This document shows, piece by piece, positions 24,301 through 34,900 of a stretch of DNA of 50,576 nucleotides. The notes beneath the pieces are model-generated. The model was not told the origin of the DNA. It was given only the letters and a program-made list of their open reading frames with translations, and did no database searches. Position numbers and translations under genes: made by a program. The stretch spans positions 1-50,576 of the forward strand of contig NMRA01000185.1 of assembly GCA_002633005.1 (NCBI GenBank). Reading direction: 5' to 3'. How positions within the stretch are numbered: the first letter of the stretch is position 1; every line of letters begins with the position of its first letter. The stretch is from Phoronis australis (taxonomy: Eukaryota; Animalia; Phoronida).

Positions 24301-27300
24301 ACTGGTGAGCAAAATGCGGCCTACAACAGTACTAAATCGAGAAGTGAACTGTCCTCTCAAAATCTCAAGTTTTTATTTGTCAATTTTTAAAGGCGTTGGA
24401 ATACCTCCATAAGCAAGTAAACAACGCTCTTTACATAGCTTAACAGTGGCTGATCTAGGATACGGGGGTCCGAAATGTTGTCTAGGGGAACTGGGCAAAG
24501 TGCGGCGATTGTATGTGCAGCAGGCCCGAAGTTGCGGTAGCCGGGTATGTGAACCATCTACCAGTGGACTAAAATCAAAAAAACGGGACCGCCGCGAACT
24601 GGGGCGCCCCCTTCTTCGCGTCCTAGTTGCTTACTCAACATTTCCTCTCGCTTCACGCTCTTACTTTTCCATATTTGCTTGCGGCAGCCAAGGGGGGGCC
24701 TGCCCCCCCTCAAATCCGCCTTAGTCGAGTTCCTGCTGAAAGATAGCACACATTTATGAATTAAAACCGTCTAATAAAGGCGTCACTGACATAGGTAATG
24801 AAAATGCGAAATTATTCCATTTTTGGCAGCCATGTCGGATTCCAGTATGGCTATTGGCAATAATTTTTGCCATATCATAACATGTGTCACTTTTGACAAC
24901 ACAGTAATGTCAAAACGCTTCCAAAATTACACACTTCTTAACTAACAGTAACTTAAATCATAGTTGTGGCCACAATTTTAATATCCTAGATGGCAGACTT
25001 AAAATGTTCAGATCACGTGTCTCTTTCAAATAAGTTAATCTAGTGACCAAATTTTGACACTTTTTTCAAAAAATGAACGATTTTCCCTTAACTGACTTGA
25101 TTATTATGACTATAAGATATTGAACATCCCTTGGAATTACAGTCATTTCACTCATAAGGTGTGAGTGTAGTCTTATTTTTTAATAAAAAAACTGATAGAA
25201 ATTGATATCAGACGTGACGCAAAAGTTAATCGAAATATGACCATAACAGTGATATTACCCATCATGCAGCAGCTCTAGAAGGCAAGCTCCCCACAACTAC
25301 AACCGCCGAAGTGATGTTTTCTGGTAAAGCAGAAACAGGGACGCCAGCAACTAGGAGACCAACTACTTTTTCCATGGCTACAGGTAATAAAAATAATAGT
25401 GACTTCATTTTTAAGTAGTTGGTACCCGGAACTTGAAATATCAGCAATGATCAAAACAAAAGAAGTCAGCAGGAGACTCGCAAATTAAGGTAAGAAACCG
25501 ATAAGTGAAATTCTATCGTGGTATATCGGAAGTTAGTAAAATCTTCAACAATACCTGATTTGAGGTCTTCCGAAGCCCGCATCAACTGGTTTGGGAACAC
25601 TGGCATTTCGACAGTCGTTTGCACCTCGATCTTTGCAAAAACGTGCCTCCTAATATTAGCTAAGGCTGGAGTTACGGACCAATGATAAATCGTACCTCCG
25701 ATTTACACCAATAGGTGGCTCAACCTATCAGCAAAGTTCGGCTGATACTGACCGTTTAGTCCATAAGCCATCTAGACAGTCACAAGTCATTGTTTAAATG
25801 GATAAGACATATTCAAATGCGTTGTGTAACAAGAAAAATCAGTCAGAGGACGGTAGCCTCCACACATCCTGGCTGCTGTTGGACAGATTTTTAATCAAAA
25901 ATTTACATGCGCTTTGTCATTTATTTGAAAAATTAACAAATTTCTCGAATCTTATACTTTAAAACATCCCATGATTTTTTCTCCAGGTTAGTACAAAAAC
26001 AATTTACGTGGTGTACATTTTAAATCTCACTCTAATTTGAAATAGAAAATAAATTTGAAACAAAATGATATGATTCAGATCCTCTGTTTATTTAATCCAT
26101 TGGGATGAAGTGTACTAAAATTACTTAGTAGTCTGTGAGGGATATTGGGGTACTGAAGTTTTATATTATTTGTACTGAAAGATCTTGTGGATTATGGTTT
26201 TTGGAACTGAAATGATTACCTATTGTGTCAGATAAGTTTTTTTGTATTATGTTAAATCTACGATGGGGAAACTGAGTTTGTCAATTATGTTGAGTTTGTT
26301 GGCGTTGCAAATGAATGTTCAAAAAAAACTTTCACAAATGAAGTAGCCGAACTTTAGAATAATGGTTTTTACATGAAGGAGGGGAAAATTATCAAAGTGA
26401 CCTACCTACAAGCGAACTCTGACAAATACCATTTCATAGAGGCCGGGTATGACAGCGATGACAACGAAGCCGGCAACGACAATGAAGAGAACTCTTAGTT
26501 ATGCTGGCTCTCGCTGGTGATACATGTAGTATTGACCTGAAACACTGACGATGACAGTGATGCTAAAATTCATTAAGGTGACATTTTTATATATTTTTAG
26601 GAGATGTTTCTACAGCGTCATCAGCAACTACGATGCCACGTAGAACGACAGCCACATCAATAACAAGACAATCAACAGCAGAAATAACCGCCGCAACAGA
26701 AGAAACAACCACACTAACAGGAACAGCTGCAAGAACATCAAGCAAATCCGTTGCAACAACAACAACAACAACAACAATAACAGAAAAAGAAGAAACAACG
26801 CTAGCATCGACATCACCAGACGATAGAGAAGCCGCGACATCAGCAACAAGACCAGCTCCATCAACACAATCCAAGAAAGAAACAGCAACTAGTGCAAAGG
26901 ATGTCAACATTTTTAACACAGACGCGTCATCTAAAAGATCTCACACGAAAATGCACTCTCAGGCGGAATCCACCTTCACGACACCGACTGTGACATCAAA
27001 AACACCAACAACTTGGACGATGCCTACCCAGTTTCCCAAGTCATCACCGTCTACACTTCGGACAGTTACTTTAGTTCCAACACAAACAAAGAAATCGTCA
27101 TCAGTAACGGAAGTGGTCAATCATCGTTTTAGAGTGTCATCACAAGTCACGAAGCCACAGTTGCCGATGAAAACTACTCACGCAGACTTCACATCAACGG
27201 TCTTTAGAAGCCAATCAACGATGCCCACGTGCCAACCTTGCGAGTGCCCTTGTGATTGTGTTACGCAACCACAAAGAAGCGGCAATAAGAATTCCATGGC

Positions 27301-28555
27301 AACGGGAGTGGTCTCCTTGACAACACAGGGTGCTGCTGGGGCAAATTCAAGAACACGCAGAATATTTCGTTTATTCAGGTACATGTAACTCAAAAAGTCA
27401 TTGAAATTCCCTTGAATGTTTCAAATGCAAGAGCAAAACGTTGACTACATTGCAGTTTTATATTTGGACTGTTTGTACTTTCTTAATATGCTAATAGATG
27501 CCGTACGAATTACAATATTATTCCAGTGACATACACATGCATATTTCCGTTCTCACACACCTGTCTTAAGTCCGTGGACGTGGTAAAACTTGCAATGCTA
27601 CCAAAAAATGTAAGCATGTTTCAGCAAAAGTTTGCTAGTTTTCGTTCAAAACTTTACATTTTTAGGTTTCCTCAGCGACGAAAAACCCATCCTCCCATGA
27701 CGACTGAAGTGGTGTATACAGCGCCGCCGTTTGTTCGAGTTTCAGTCAACGTGCCGGAAATAATGTTTCTGACTGGGCTAGGGGTCATAGCTGTCTTGTT
27801 TATCACCTGGATGGGTTATGCTGCTCGGGAAAATTTGAAAAAGAGGTGAGCTGCTGGTGAATGCGGTTTGAGGAAATTCAATGCTATGAGGTTTTGTCCA
27901 TATTTCCGGTGGGAACAAAATGATGAGCAATGTCATGATCAGACAATTACAACTTACGAAGTCAGAACGATAAACGAATTAAAATATAGCGTACAGACAG
28001 GAAATAACAGTTTTAACGTGAGCAACACCAATAGTGTTAGGCTATCACAGTTGATGCAAAATTGGTGTGCCACTTTGATAACTCCATACAACGATCGAGC
28101 TCATGGTTTTATAAAGTTGTGTGGACGGCATCCCTGATGTTTTTCTACAACAGCCTGCTGTTTGAGCAAATAACGAAGTTGTAAACGACATTTGAGCTTT
28201 CACGTTTCATCTATGTCGTCTTTACTAAAGCTCGGTCAAATACCAACACCGTTAACCATTTACGAACGAAGAAGCTGGCGCACGTGCATTGCTAAACACT
28301 AGTTCACATCCCTTATTACCTCATTCTTTATCAGTGGTGTCAGTCCTACAATTTAGCACTCATTGGTCAGCAATGTAGGGCGATTACCTCTGTCCCCATC
28401 CAAGAGAAAGTGCCCCTCAGAAAGGGAATCCCTCTAACATGAGACGATGGGTCGTCGAAAGCCAATTTATGTTTGCAGTCTTTAACTCCTATTGCAGATC
28501 GTTGTCTGGTAAAGAAGCGCCGTCAGGTATCCGTGACCGACGACAATCAGTTTAA
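15316..28555 (+). CDS. Type I membrane protein: signal peptide, VWA domain (MIDAS), Thr/Ser-rich mucin stalk, Cys cluster, TM, short cytoplasmic tail (620 aa, 7 exons)
   Basis: join(15316-15367,18161-18253,18551-19138,25270-25383,26601-27378,27666-27845,28498-28555) = 1863 nt, all GT-AG, phases 1,1,1,1,2,2, no internal stop. MIDAS DESAS...T...TDG; TM IMFLTGLGVIAVLFITWMGYAA; ends RRQSV*; AATAAA at 28700. Confidence 0.85.
15644..15760. repeat. (TATTG)n microsatellite
   Basis: Direct inspection. Confidence 0.9.
16507..16761 (+). mobile_element. ~250-bp dispersed MITE-like family C; other copies at about 38957-39194 and 46068-46311
   Basis: Shared CACCCAGCCTAAAA.TGGGGG.TCG...GGGGTACGTTCA.AGCTATGAATTGTG...GCATG. 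Confidence 0.7.
18161..18253 (+). CDS. VWA-mucin gene exon 2 (Thr-rich)
   Basis: gttacag| acceptor, |GTAAGT donor; ALHGSQGHVTTATAKTTAATTKVVTSNTQT. Confidence 0.8.
18551..19138 (+). CDS. VWA-mucin gene exon 3 (von Willebrand factor A domain)
   Basis: ttttgtttag| acceptor; C...DLIFVLDESASV...VGLITYG...GGSTNTGGAL...IVMTDG...IFAIGIG...C; phase 1-1 domain exon; donor G|GTTCGA is weak. Confidence 0.93.
20121..22832 (+). pseudogene. Academ-type transposase pseudogene (many stops, frameshifts and deletions)
   Basis: Conserved motifs occur in the expected order but across all three plus frames with in-frame stops. Confidence 0.75.
22472..24326 (+). repeat. ~930-bp tandem duplication joined by a single N (22472-23401 and 23403-24326); probable haplotype or assembly artefact
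   Basis: Copies are near identical (one 6-bp indel, at least 7 substitutions seen) and abut exactly at n23402. Confidence 0.9.
25270..25383 (+). CDS. VWA-mucin gene exon 4
   Basis: CAGCAG acceptor (alternative start 25273), |GTAATA donor; ALEGKLPTTTTAEVMFSGKAETGTPATRRPTTFSMAT, phase 1-1. Confidence 0.72.
26601..27378 (+). CDS. VWA-mucin gene exon 5 (mucin stalk, CQPCECPCDC, RTRR)
   Basis: atatttttag| acceptor, |GTACAT donor; in frame with ORF 26633..27388; Thr/Ser/Pro-rich. Confidence 0.85.
27666..27845 (+). CDS. VWA-mucin gene exon 6 (transmembrane)
   Basis: atttttag| acceptor, |GTGAGC donor; single hydrophobic helix followed by basic RENLKKR. Confidence 0.85.
28498..28555 (+). CDS. VWA-mucin gene exon 7 (cytoplasmic tail and stop)
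   Basis: ctcctattgcag| acceptor, phase 2; SLSGKEAPSGIRDRRQSV*. Confidence 0.72.
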
Positions 28556-28699
28556 GTAACGGAACTGTCGTAAGCCAATCGACGTGTAAAGCATACATCA
28601 GAAGACAATTACAAACATTATAATCTGTGCCAAGGCTGCTGGATGTAAACGATAATAGTGAAAATGGAGACCGTTCATCAGTTCAGCAACCTTTTTACT

Positions 28700-28705
28700 A
28701 ATAAA
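28700..28705 (+). terminator. Candidate polyadenylation signal of the VWA-mucin gene
   Basis: AATAAA 145 nt after the stop codon. Confidence 0.45.
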
Positions 28706-30076
28706 GGAAATTTCTTATTCGAAAAAGTGACTATACCTATACTGTGCCTATTGACGGTTTGACTGTTTATAAATTACGTAAGATTCAATATAGTCTAATA
28801 GGCATTTACAAAAAGCAAGGAAATGTTTTCATTACTTAATCTATAATAACAAAACATTATCTTGTTTTTACAACGCTCTTACATCTTTACTTTCTCAAAA
28901 ACACTGTCATAAGCTTGTATGTAGATTTGTTTCTAGAGAGTTCCTCATTTAAGGTACAATTTGTGCGTGCACATGCACACATTCAACATGTTTTCACTAT
29001 TGTGGTGGAAATCCAGTTAAACAATTTTTGCATATTTTCTACACTTGATTCATTTTCCCCGTTCTGACGTTCAACAAGCAGAGATATTTGATTGGTCTGT
29101 AAGCCGAAAGTAGTAATCGAGAATTAACCCGGGGTGGATTGCATAAAACTTTAGGACTTATCCGCTGGATAAGTGTGATTGTTGCATGATGTAAGGCGCA
29201 TTGATGAACAATATCATGTGACGAGTAATGATGCGACGTCACTGTTTCTATGCAACATGCATATATTATGCATATGTATATGTACATGTTTGTGTATGCA
29301 TATGTATATGTATATGCGTGTGTATGTATCAAAATCTTCAGTCTTTCCTTTCTCTACCTCACTACTAAGATCTGTCGTGGGTGCCCATCCGTAAGAAGAG
29401 GATACATGGCCCTGGTGATGTCGCCCTGGTGATGTCGCCCTGGTATCTACCATTGCTTTCTTTCTCATTTAAAGCGGTAATACAAATCTGTCCTAATTAA
29501 TAGAGGTTCTAATTTTGGCATATTTCTTTTATCTTACGATATATTAAGCAAGCCCGTTAAACAAACAAATCGATTTTCAAGAAATTAAGAGTAGCAAGGA
29601 ATCAAACCCGAGAACTACACAATAGCAACTGAACGATCTACCTGTTGTGGAAAATTCTACACGTTCAATACCAAACTATTTTAAAGATACTCTCTATTCT
29701 TCACGTTCACCAATTTAGAACACACGAGTTTCATCTGTTGAATGATATCACTAAAATATAAAAGTTTCGGAACTTTCATCCCCGTTTGTGGTTGCCTTAT
29801 TTATTACTATTTCTTAAAAAGTGGCCGGGTTTCCGCGAAAAACTCATTACATACCCATAATGCATGAGTCAATTGTCACTCATAACGGCAGCCATTTTAG
29901 GTGGTGCTACAAAAAAATTAAACAAGAAATTCCTATTGAATTTAGTTAATTTTGAGTTGTATTGAATGAGCATTATTTAGGTTTACGTTACGACTGAACA
30001 AATGTGCGTTAAAATCCGTTTTATGAAGTTTTTAACTAATAAAAAACAAATTGGAAAAAGTATATTTAAGCGTATT

Positions 30077-30078
<2 letters not shown>

Positions 30079-30122
<44 letters not shown>
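30079..30122. repeat. (TAA)n microsatellite
   Basis: Direct inspection. Confidence 0.95.
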
Positions 30123-30123
<1 letters not shown>

Positions 30124-30965
30124 GATATCTGCCTTGATTACAGCAAATGTGTGGCGGACAACGGTAAGAATTTGCGATTTGTAATGAAATCACAAAACCC
30201 ATTGGATTTTGTTGTTTCATAGGTAAAAGGTAATGCCTTCAAGAAGTCCTCTCGCTCAACAATAATGATCCCGAACTGCGGCCCCAAAACGATAACATCT
30301 CACAAACGCAAACACGATTCTGAACTTTCGCCACCATATCCCCTACCTCTCTCCTTACTCATTCGGTTTGGAAGCGAAGACACCGGGTGCGCGCCCGGTA
30401 ACACGAGTTACGAAAACAACATTGTAATGTCACTCGACATGGGATAATGCCATAATAGCGAGTAAAATATCAACAAACAATCATGTATTGTCCATTAAAC
30501 GAATTTTAAGTGCAATCGAAACTGCAGCACGATGCTAAATAACTATTAGCTTACAGACCATGTTTCAGCACGTATTGCTTATACAAGCAGATATCACATA
30601 TTATTAAGGGATCAGTTTTTGGCAAAATTATACATAAATCGTCTATACTGAACTGAATTTGCTGGCTGGCATTTTTATAACAAGATAGGCCACCCACAAA
30701 TTATTTAAGAGACATAAAAAACTAAACAAGACACCGATGAAGAAAAAACATTTTAAAGTTGTCCAGTATTACGCTATTACGGCAGCTTAGGATAATGAAA
30801 ACAACTTGGGATTCGCTCACCAGAGTGGATGTCTTCCCAGGACAACACAGATATTAAGTTACAGAAACAACAATGAAGTTGAACAGAAGTTCCTATAAGT
30901 AAATTATGTTCTAGTTTCAAATCCGTTTAAGTAAAGTTTTGCAAAAATTTCTTTGTTACTTCGTT

Positions 30966-30966
<1 letters not shown>

Positions 30967-31016
<50 letters not shown>

Positions 31017-31075
31017 GTAATAATAATTATCATTATCATTATTATTATGATAATGATAATGATAATAATATTAAT
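30967..31075. repeat. (TAA)n microsatellite with degenerate ATC/ATG triplet tail
   Basis: Direct inspection. Confidence 0.9.
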
Positions 31076-31818
31076 TATAACGGTACTGCATTCGTAGCAA
31101 GTCGACGGTAAAAGAAAATAAACACAATAAACATATGTAATTAAAGGGATGTAACTTTCCAGGAAAAATTTTTGTTTTTCTAAAATATGTAGAGTAATAA
31201 AAGGATGTCTGAATTTTGTTGTCTCGTGTGAAATACCCGTGAGATGGCGCTGAAAGCAATGGCGAATGAAGTTTAAAGGTGTATTTTCGTAAGCCTAACT
31301 ATGCTCATGTATGGTAGCAACTAAACGACAATTGCTATTTGAACATCATCTACGCTAAACAAATGTATTCGTTGACAACTTGTAAATGGGAATAATAAAT
31401 TCTGCAAATAAGTGACCTTTGCACTAATGACGTAGCTTGGGGGCTCATATAGCCCGCGTCATGCAGTGTTATTCCCCAACACCACGTTACGATACTTATT
31501 GGACATGGTTGAGTGATTTACAGAGGATCATTTTAGACAGAAACAAAAAAGTTTCTCTCTTACGCAAAACTTGTTCTTAAAAACATTTCTCAATTTGCAA
31601 AATACTTCAAATTCACATTGACGCTATATCTTGTGTTTCTAACTAATAGGACCAAACATTCACAAAGACAAGGAATTAACGTGCAAGTTCCACTTTAATT
31701 CTACTGATCCAGACTTATTTTTGGAAACACAGCATTTGTCCATGATCACAGGATGAAATCATCCTCAGGGATTGCAGTTGCTTTCTTCTGAAGCGTCGTT
31801 TCCCACACTCGAATGACG

Positions 31819-31918
31819 TCAAATGCGGACATCTTGAACAACTGGTTTGACATCAAGCAAAGTGCGAAGCTCAACACTATCTTGGCAATTTTTGATGACG
31901 TCTTTCTTGTGACGTTTC
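31819..31918 (-). CDS. SLC22 terminal exon
   Basis: aattccag| acceptor, phase 2; KRHKKDVIKNCQDSVELRTLLDVKPVVQDVRI*. Confidence 0.7.
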
Positions 31919-34900
31919 CTGGAATTATATATTGTGTTTAAAAAGGGGACTAAACCCCATTGGCAGATGCAGAACGTCGCAGAAGGGGGTTTGGGGCACA
32001 ACAATAATTTTCGATGAAAATGTCTTCGTGTACCATGAGCTAAAAAGGCGGTGGCGTTTTATTTTGGGTAGTATCGCTGGGGGGGGGGGGGGCTAACGCT
32101 AAGTGAATCCGCCAATGAACCCTGTTAACCACAAGCTGGCGCTGCCACCAGCCATTATACTACCAGATCCACCTGAAATGGTAAAAGCAACAACTCAACA
32201 AGAATTTAATCCATTCGTGTTACAAAACAGATCCTGTTGTTCGCGGTTACGATGGTACTAGGGATTTGTTTTTTAACCTAGATTCAAGTGGTACAGTGAT
32301 AGTTAATATCATTTAAAATGGAATAAAACGGTGCTTAATATCCTTTTAAACTGTCTTAGCTCAATGCCGATGTCAATGCATCGCACTAGCGTAATTTGTG
32401 TTTGGCATAATCATTATATCGGTGAACACGTACAGGTTCTCCCAGGCGACATTCATTTAAAGCCGAAGCGATTCTTACGTTAGATAGTCGGATTATTTGC
32501 AGGGTACAAAACTCCTTTATTATTATTACCTCTGATCTTGTTTCTTAAAGTGATACTAAACACGGTTTTTGCCTATTAACAGATATGAAAAACCGCTTTC
32601 TCACCCAGCTGTTTAAAGTAAAATCATTGTTTCTTACCCCTTGCTGACGTTAAAAAGTTTAGAGCACATATTAAAAATCTTGTACTGCACAAGCAAGTAT
32701 GACCTGATCTGTAGGCGATTACACGACAGTTTGTATTTTTAAGTTAAGCTCAGAGATGTTTTTATCACTCAAGAAAGACGCCAATGGTGCATTAGCAGGG
32801 AGCAGAATGAGGATTGGTTTAAATCACTAAAACAGGGTTTAGTATTGTTTAAGTGGAGATAAGGATCCGGGTGTCAAAATGTCAATTGCCATTCAAAAAT
32901 CACGTGATCACACATCATTGACTCTTCTTGAAAGTTTTTGTAGATCATGTTGAAATAAAAGCCTTCTGTGAGCTAACCGTAAAACTTGAAATAGTTGCCG
33001 GGTCGTTTGTTTTGTCACACATACCCGCCCTCTATTAGAAGAGACGTTTATAATAGACCCGGTCCAACGGCAGGCTAACAAATGTTATCGTACGACGGCA
33101 AACTAAAAATTACCCTTGTCAATCGGTGGCTCTAAAGTCGCATCGTTTAGAGAGAGTCTTCTATTAGGTACCCGTCGCTTATTTTTAGTGTACCTTGACC
33201 CCCGGCTTCAATATGGGGGAGGAGTCTATTAGAGAACCGGCTTCTATTAGTAGCTTTACGGTATGTTTTGTTTAAAGTCGAAAGTAAAGAAATTCCAAAG
33301 TAAAGTAATGATCGAGCAACAATAAGAATATCCACTGAGAAACATTTCAGTTAAAACGGCAATAAACACGTACTTTTTGTTAAAAATGTTTTGATTTAGG
33401 CCATACATTGTATTTATGAAATTGGTCTCAAATCGTTCTTTTGTTAGAACAGGTCCGATTTCTGAGCTTGGAAATACTTGACAGCTCGTTGCTTCCTCAT
33501 ACTAATTTCGTGGAATTTCAGGTCGCGTAATGACCTGACTCAAGCCTATCATTTCGTTCAGACCAATCTTCCTATATCATGTGCGGAGAAACTCCCCTTT
33601 TACTGATTCGTCGCGCGTAACGATCGTCAACAATGGTCACGTATGCGACGCAAGTGATGTTTTTTACATGAATATTTTTCACACCATTTTTCTTTTGAAG
33701 CAAACCAAACAGTTTTGTTGCTTACATAAATGGCTAAACTTGCCACAAATAACATTTTTTACTCAAAAAATACTCTCTAAACAGAGCAGACTTTTAAGTC
33801 TGAAGTGCGCTTTCGAAAAAACCCATGCCATTTTGAGTTACGTCCGCGACGCTCCAATAATTAATTTTTTAACTAAGTAACAAATCGTGGTAAACATTAT
33901 TATCTGCTAAGTTGAACATTGACCCTCTTTAGAAATGTCATAATTTTAAGGTTAGTAGCATTTTTGTAAGATTTATGAGGATTGTAAAAGTCATCATGTC
34001 ACTTCCGCGACAAAACAATTACCGTGAAATCCACAATACTTAAAATCGCGGAATATGCAAGCGAAGAGCACAAGCACGAACAGCCACATTCGCAGACCGC
34101 TCCGTAACCACCAATTCGTCAAAAAAGTCCACATACCCTCTAACACATGGCAGCAAATGATCCTCAAAATTTCTCAAGTCTTCGAGAGTATCCGGAAGTG
34201 GCACTTTCTTAGTTTCCGGTAGCAACAGCGTAAAAACACCTGCTACGAACGACGTCAGAGCAAAAATTACCAGGGGCACAAACGGCGCCGTTACTCGTCC
34301 CTGTAAGAATAATTTCAGACACTGGATTGGACCTTTCCCCCAAGACAATTCTCATCAGTGTTTTAAACTGATTAGCCAACTGTCAAACGCTGCAAACGAA
34401 ACTCAAGTCTAGTGCTCAGGTATTGACTCTAGTAGCCACAACAATGTTAGCAGTTGTAAGTTTAAAGAGGTTGTAGTTTGGAATAGGAATCTAAATTGAA
34501 CCCATACCCCACCGTGACTATTAAAAGTGTGTGATACCAACAAAAGTGCTAAACTTAGTCGACAACAGATACCGTGTGCTTTTTCAAACAGTTCTAAACC
34601 AGGAAGGAAATAAACTCTGTTCATCATTACTTCCAGTGTCATCTCACCAGAAAAATTAGCAATATGAGCCACTTCATGCCGAGCTGCACACATTGGTGTC
34701 CAAGAATATTTTTAACTCTTTAATAAAGCACACTTATCGTTCCTCTTCCATTGTGTTGCCCTGATGTAATAATATCCAATAAAATGCACGGTTGTTCAAT
34801 AACTGCCAAGATTTATCTTCAAATACCGGTCATACCAGCATTTCCAAAAATAATATATATATATATATATATGCTGCTTTATTTTTTGCGGCAGCCAAGG

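Larger units (their letters stand above)
19411..25112 (+). mobile_element. Decayed Academ-superfamily DNA transposon (possibly two related elements nested) in VWA intron 3
   Basis: 5'-TAG terminus at 19411 and CTA-3' at 25112, with an imperfect long TIR (GAATCGTTCACTTTTTGAAAAAA / TTTTTTCAAAAAATGAACGATT). Broken transposase motifs: GDMHASDAKYHLSCL, GLFTVRAVDNI, PQFQFWSMVLELEL, HTNYA*WLSVHIKDM, DEAHGQLN..IK*EGGVIG, PPNETAL..H, and a C-terminal Cys-rich ELIRC*YKACRPPSKC...CTDLWYCAG. Confidence 0.75.

Noticed and set aside
22377-24412. Duplicated ORFs suggesting a tandem gene pair
   Set aside because: Fragments of the dead Academ element repeated by the N-joined duplication.
26373-26498. Short ORF with an acidic tail (MKEGKIIKVTYLQANSDKYHFIEAGYDSDDNEAGNDNEENS*) in VWA intron 4
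   Set aside because: Only 41 codons, with no splice or homology support.
26587-26919. Hydrophobic minus-strand ORFs (also 18702..19160, 25262..25447, 27178..27393)
   Set aside because: Antisense shadows of the plus-strand VWA-mucin exons.
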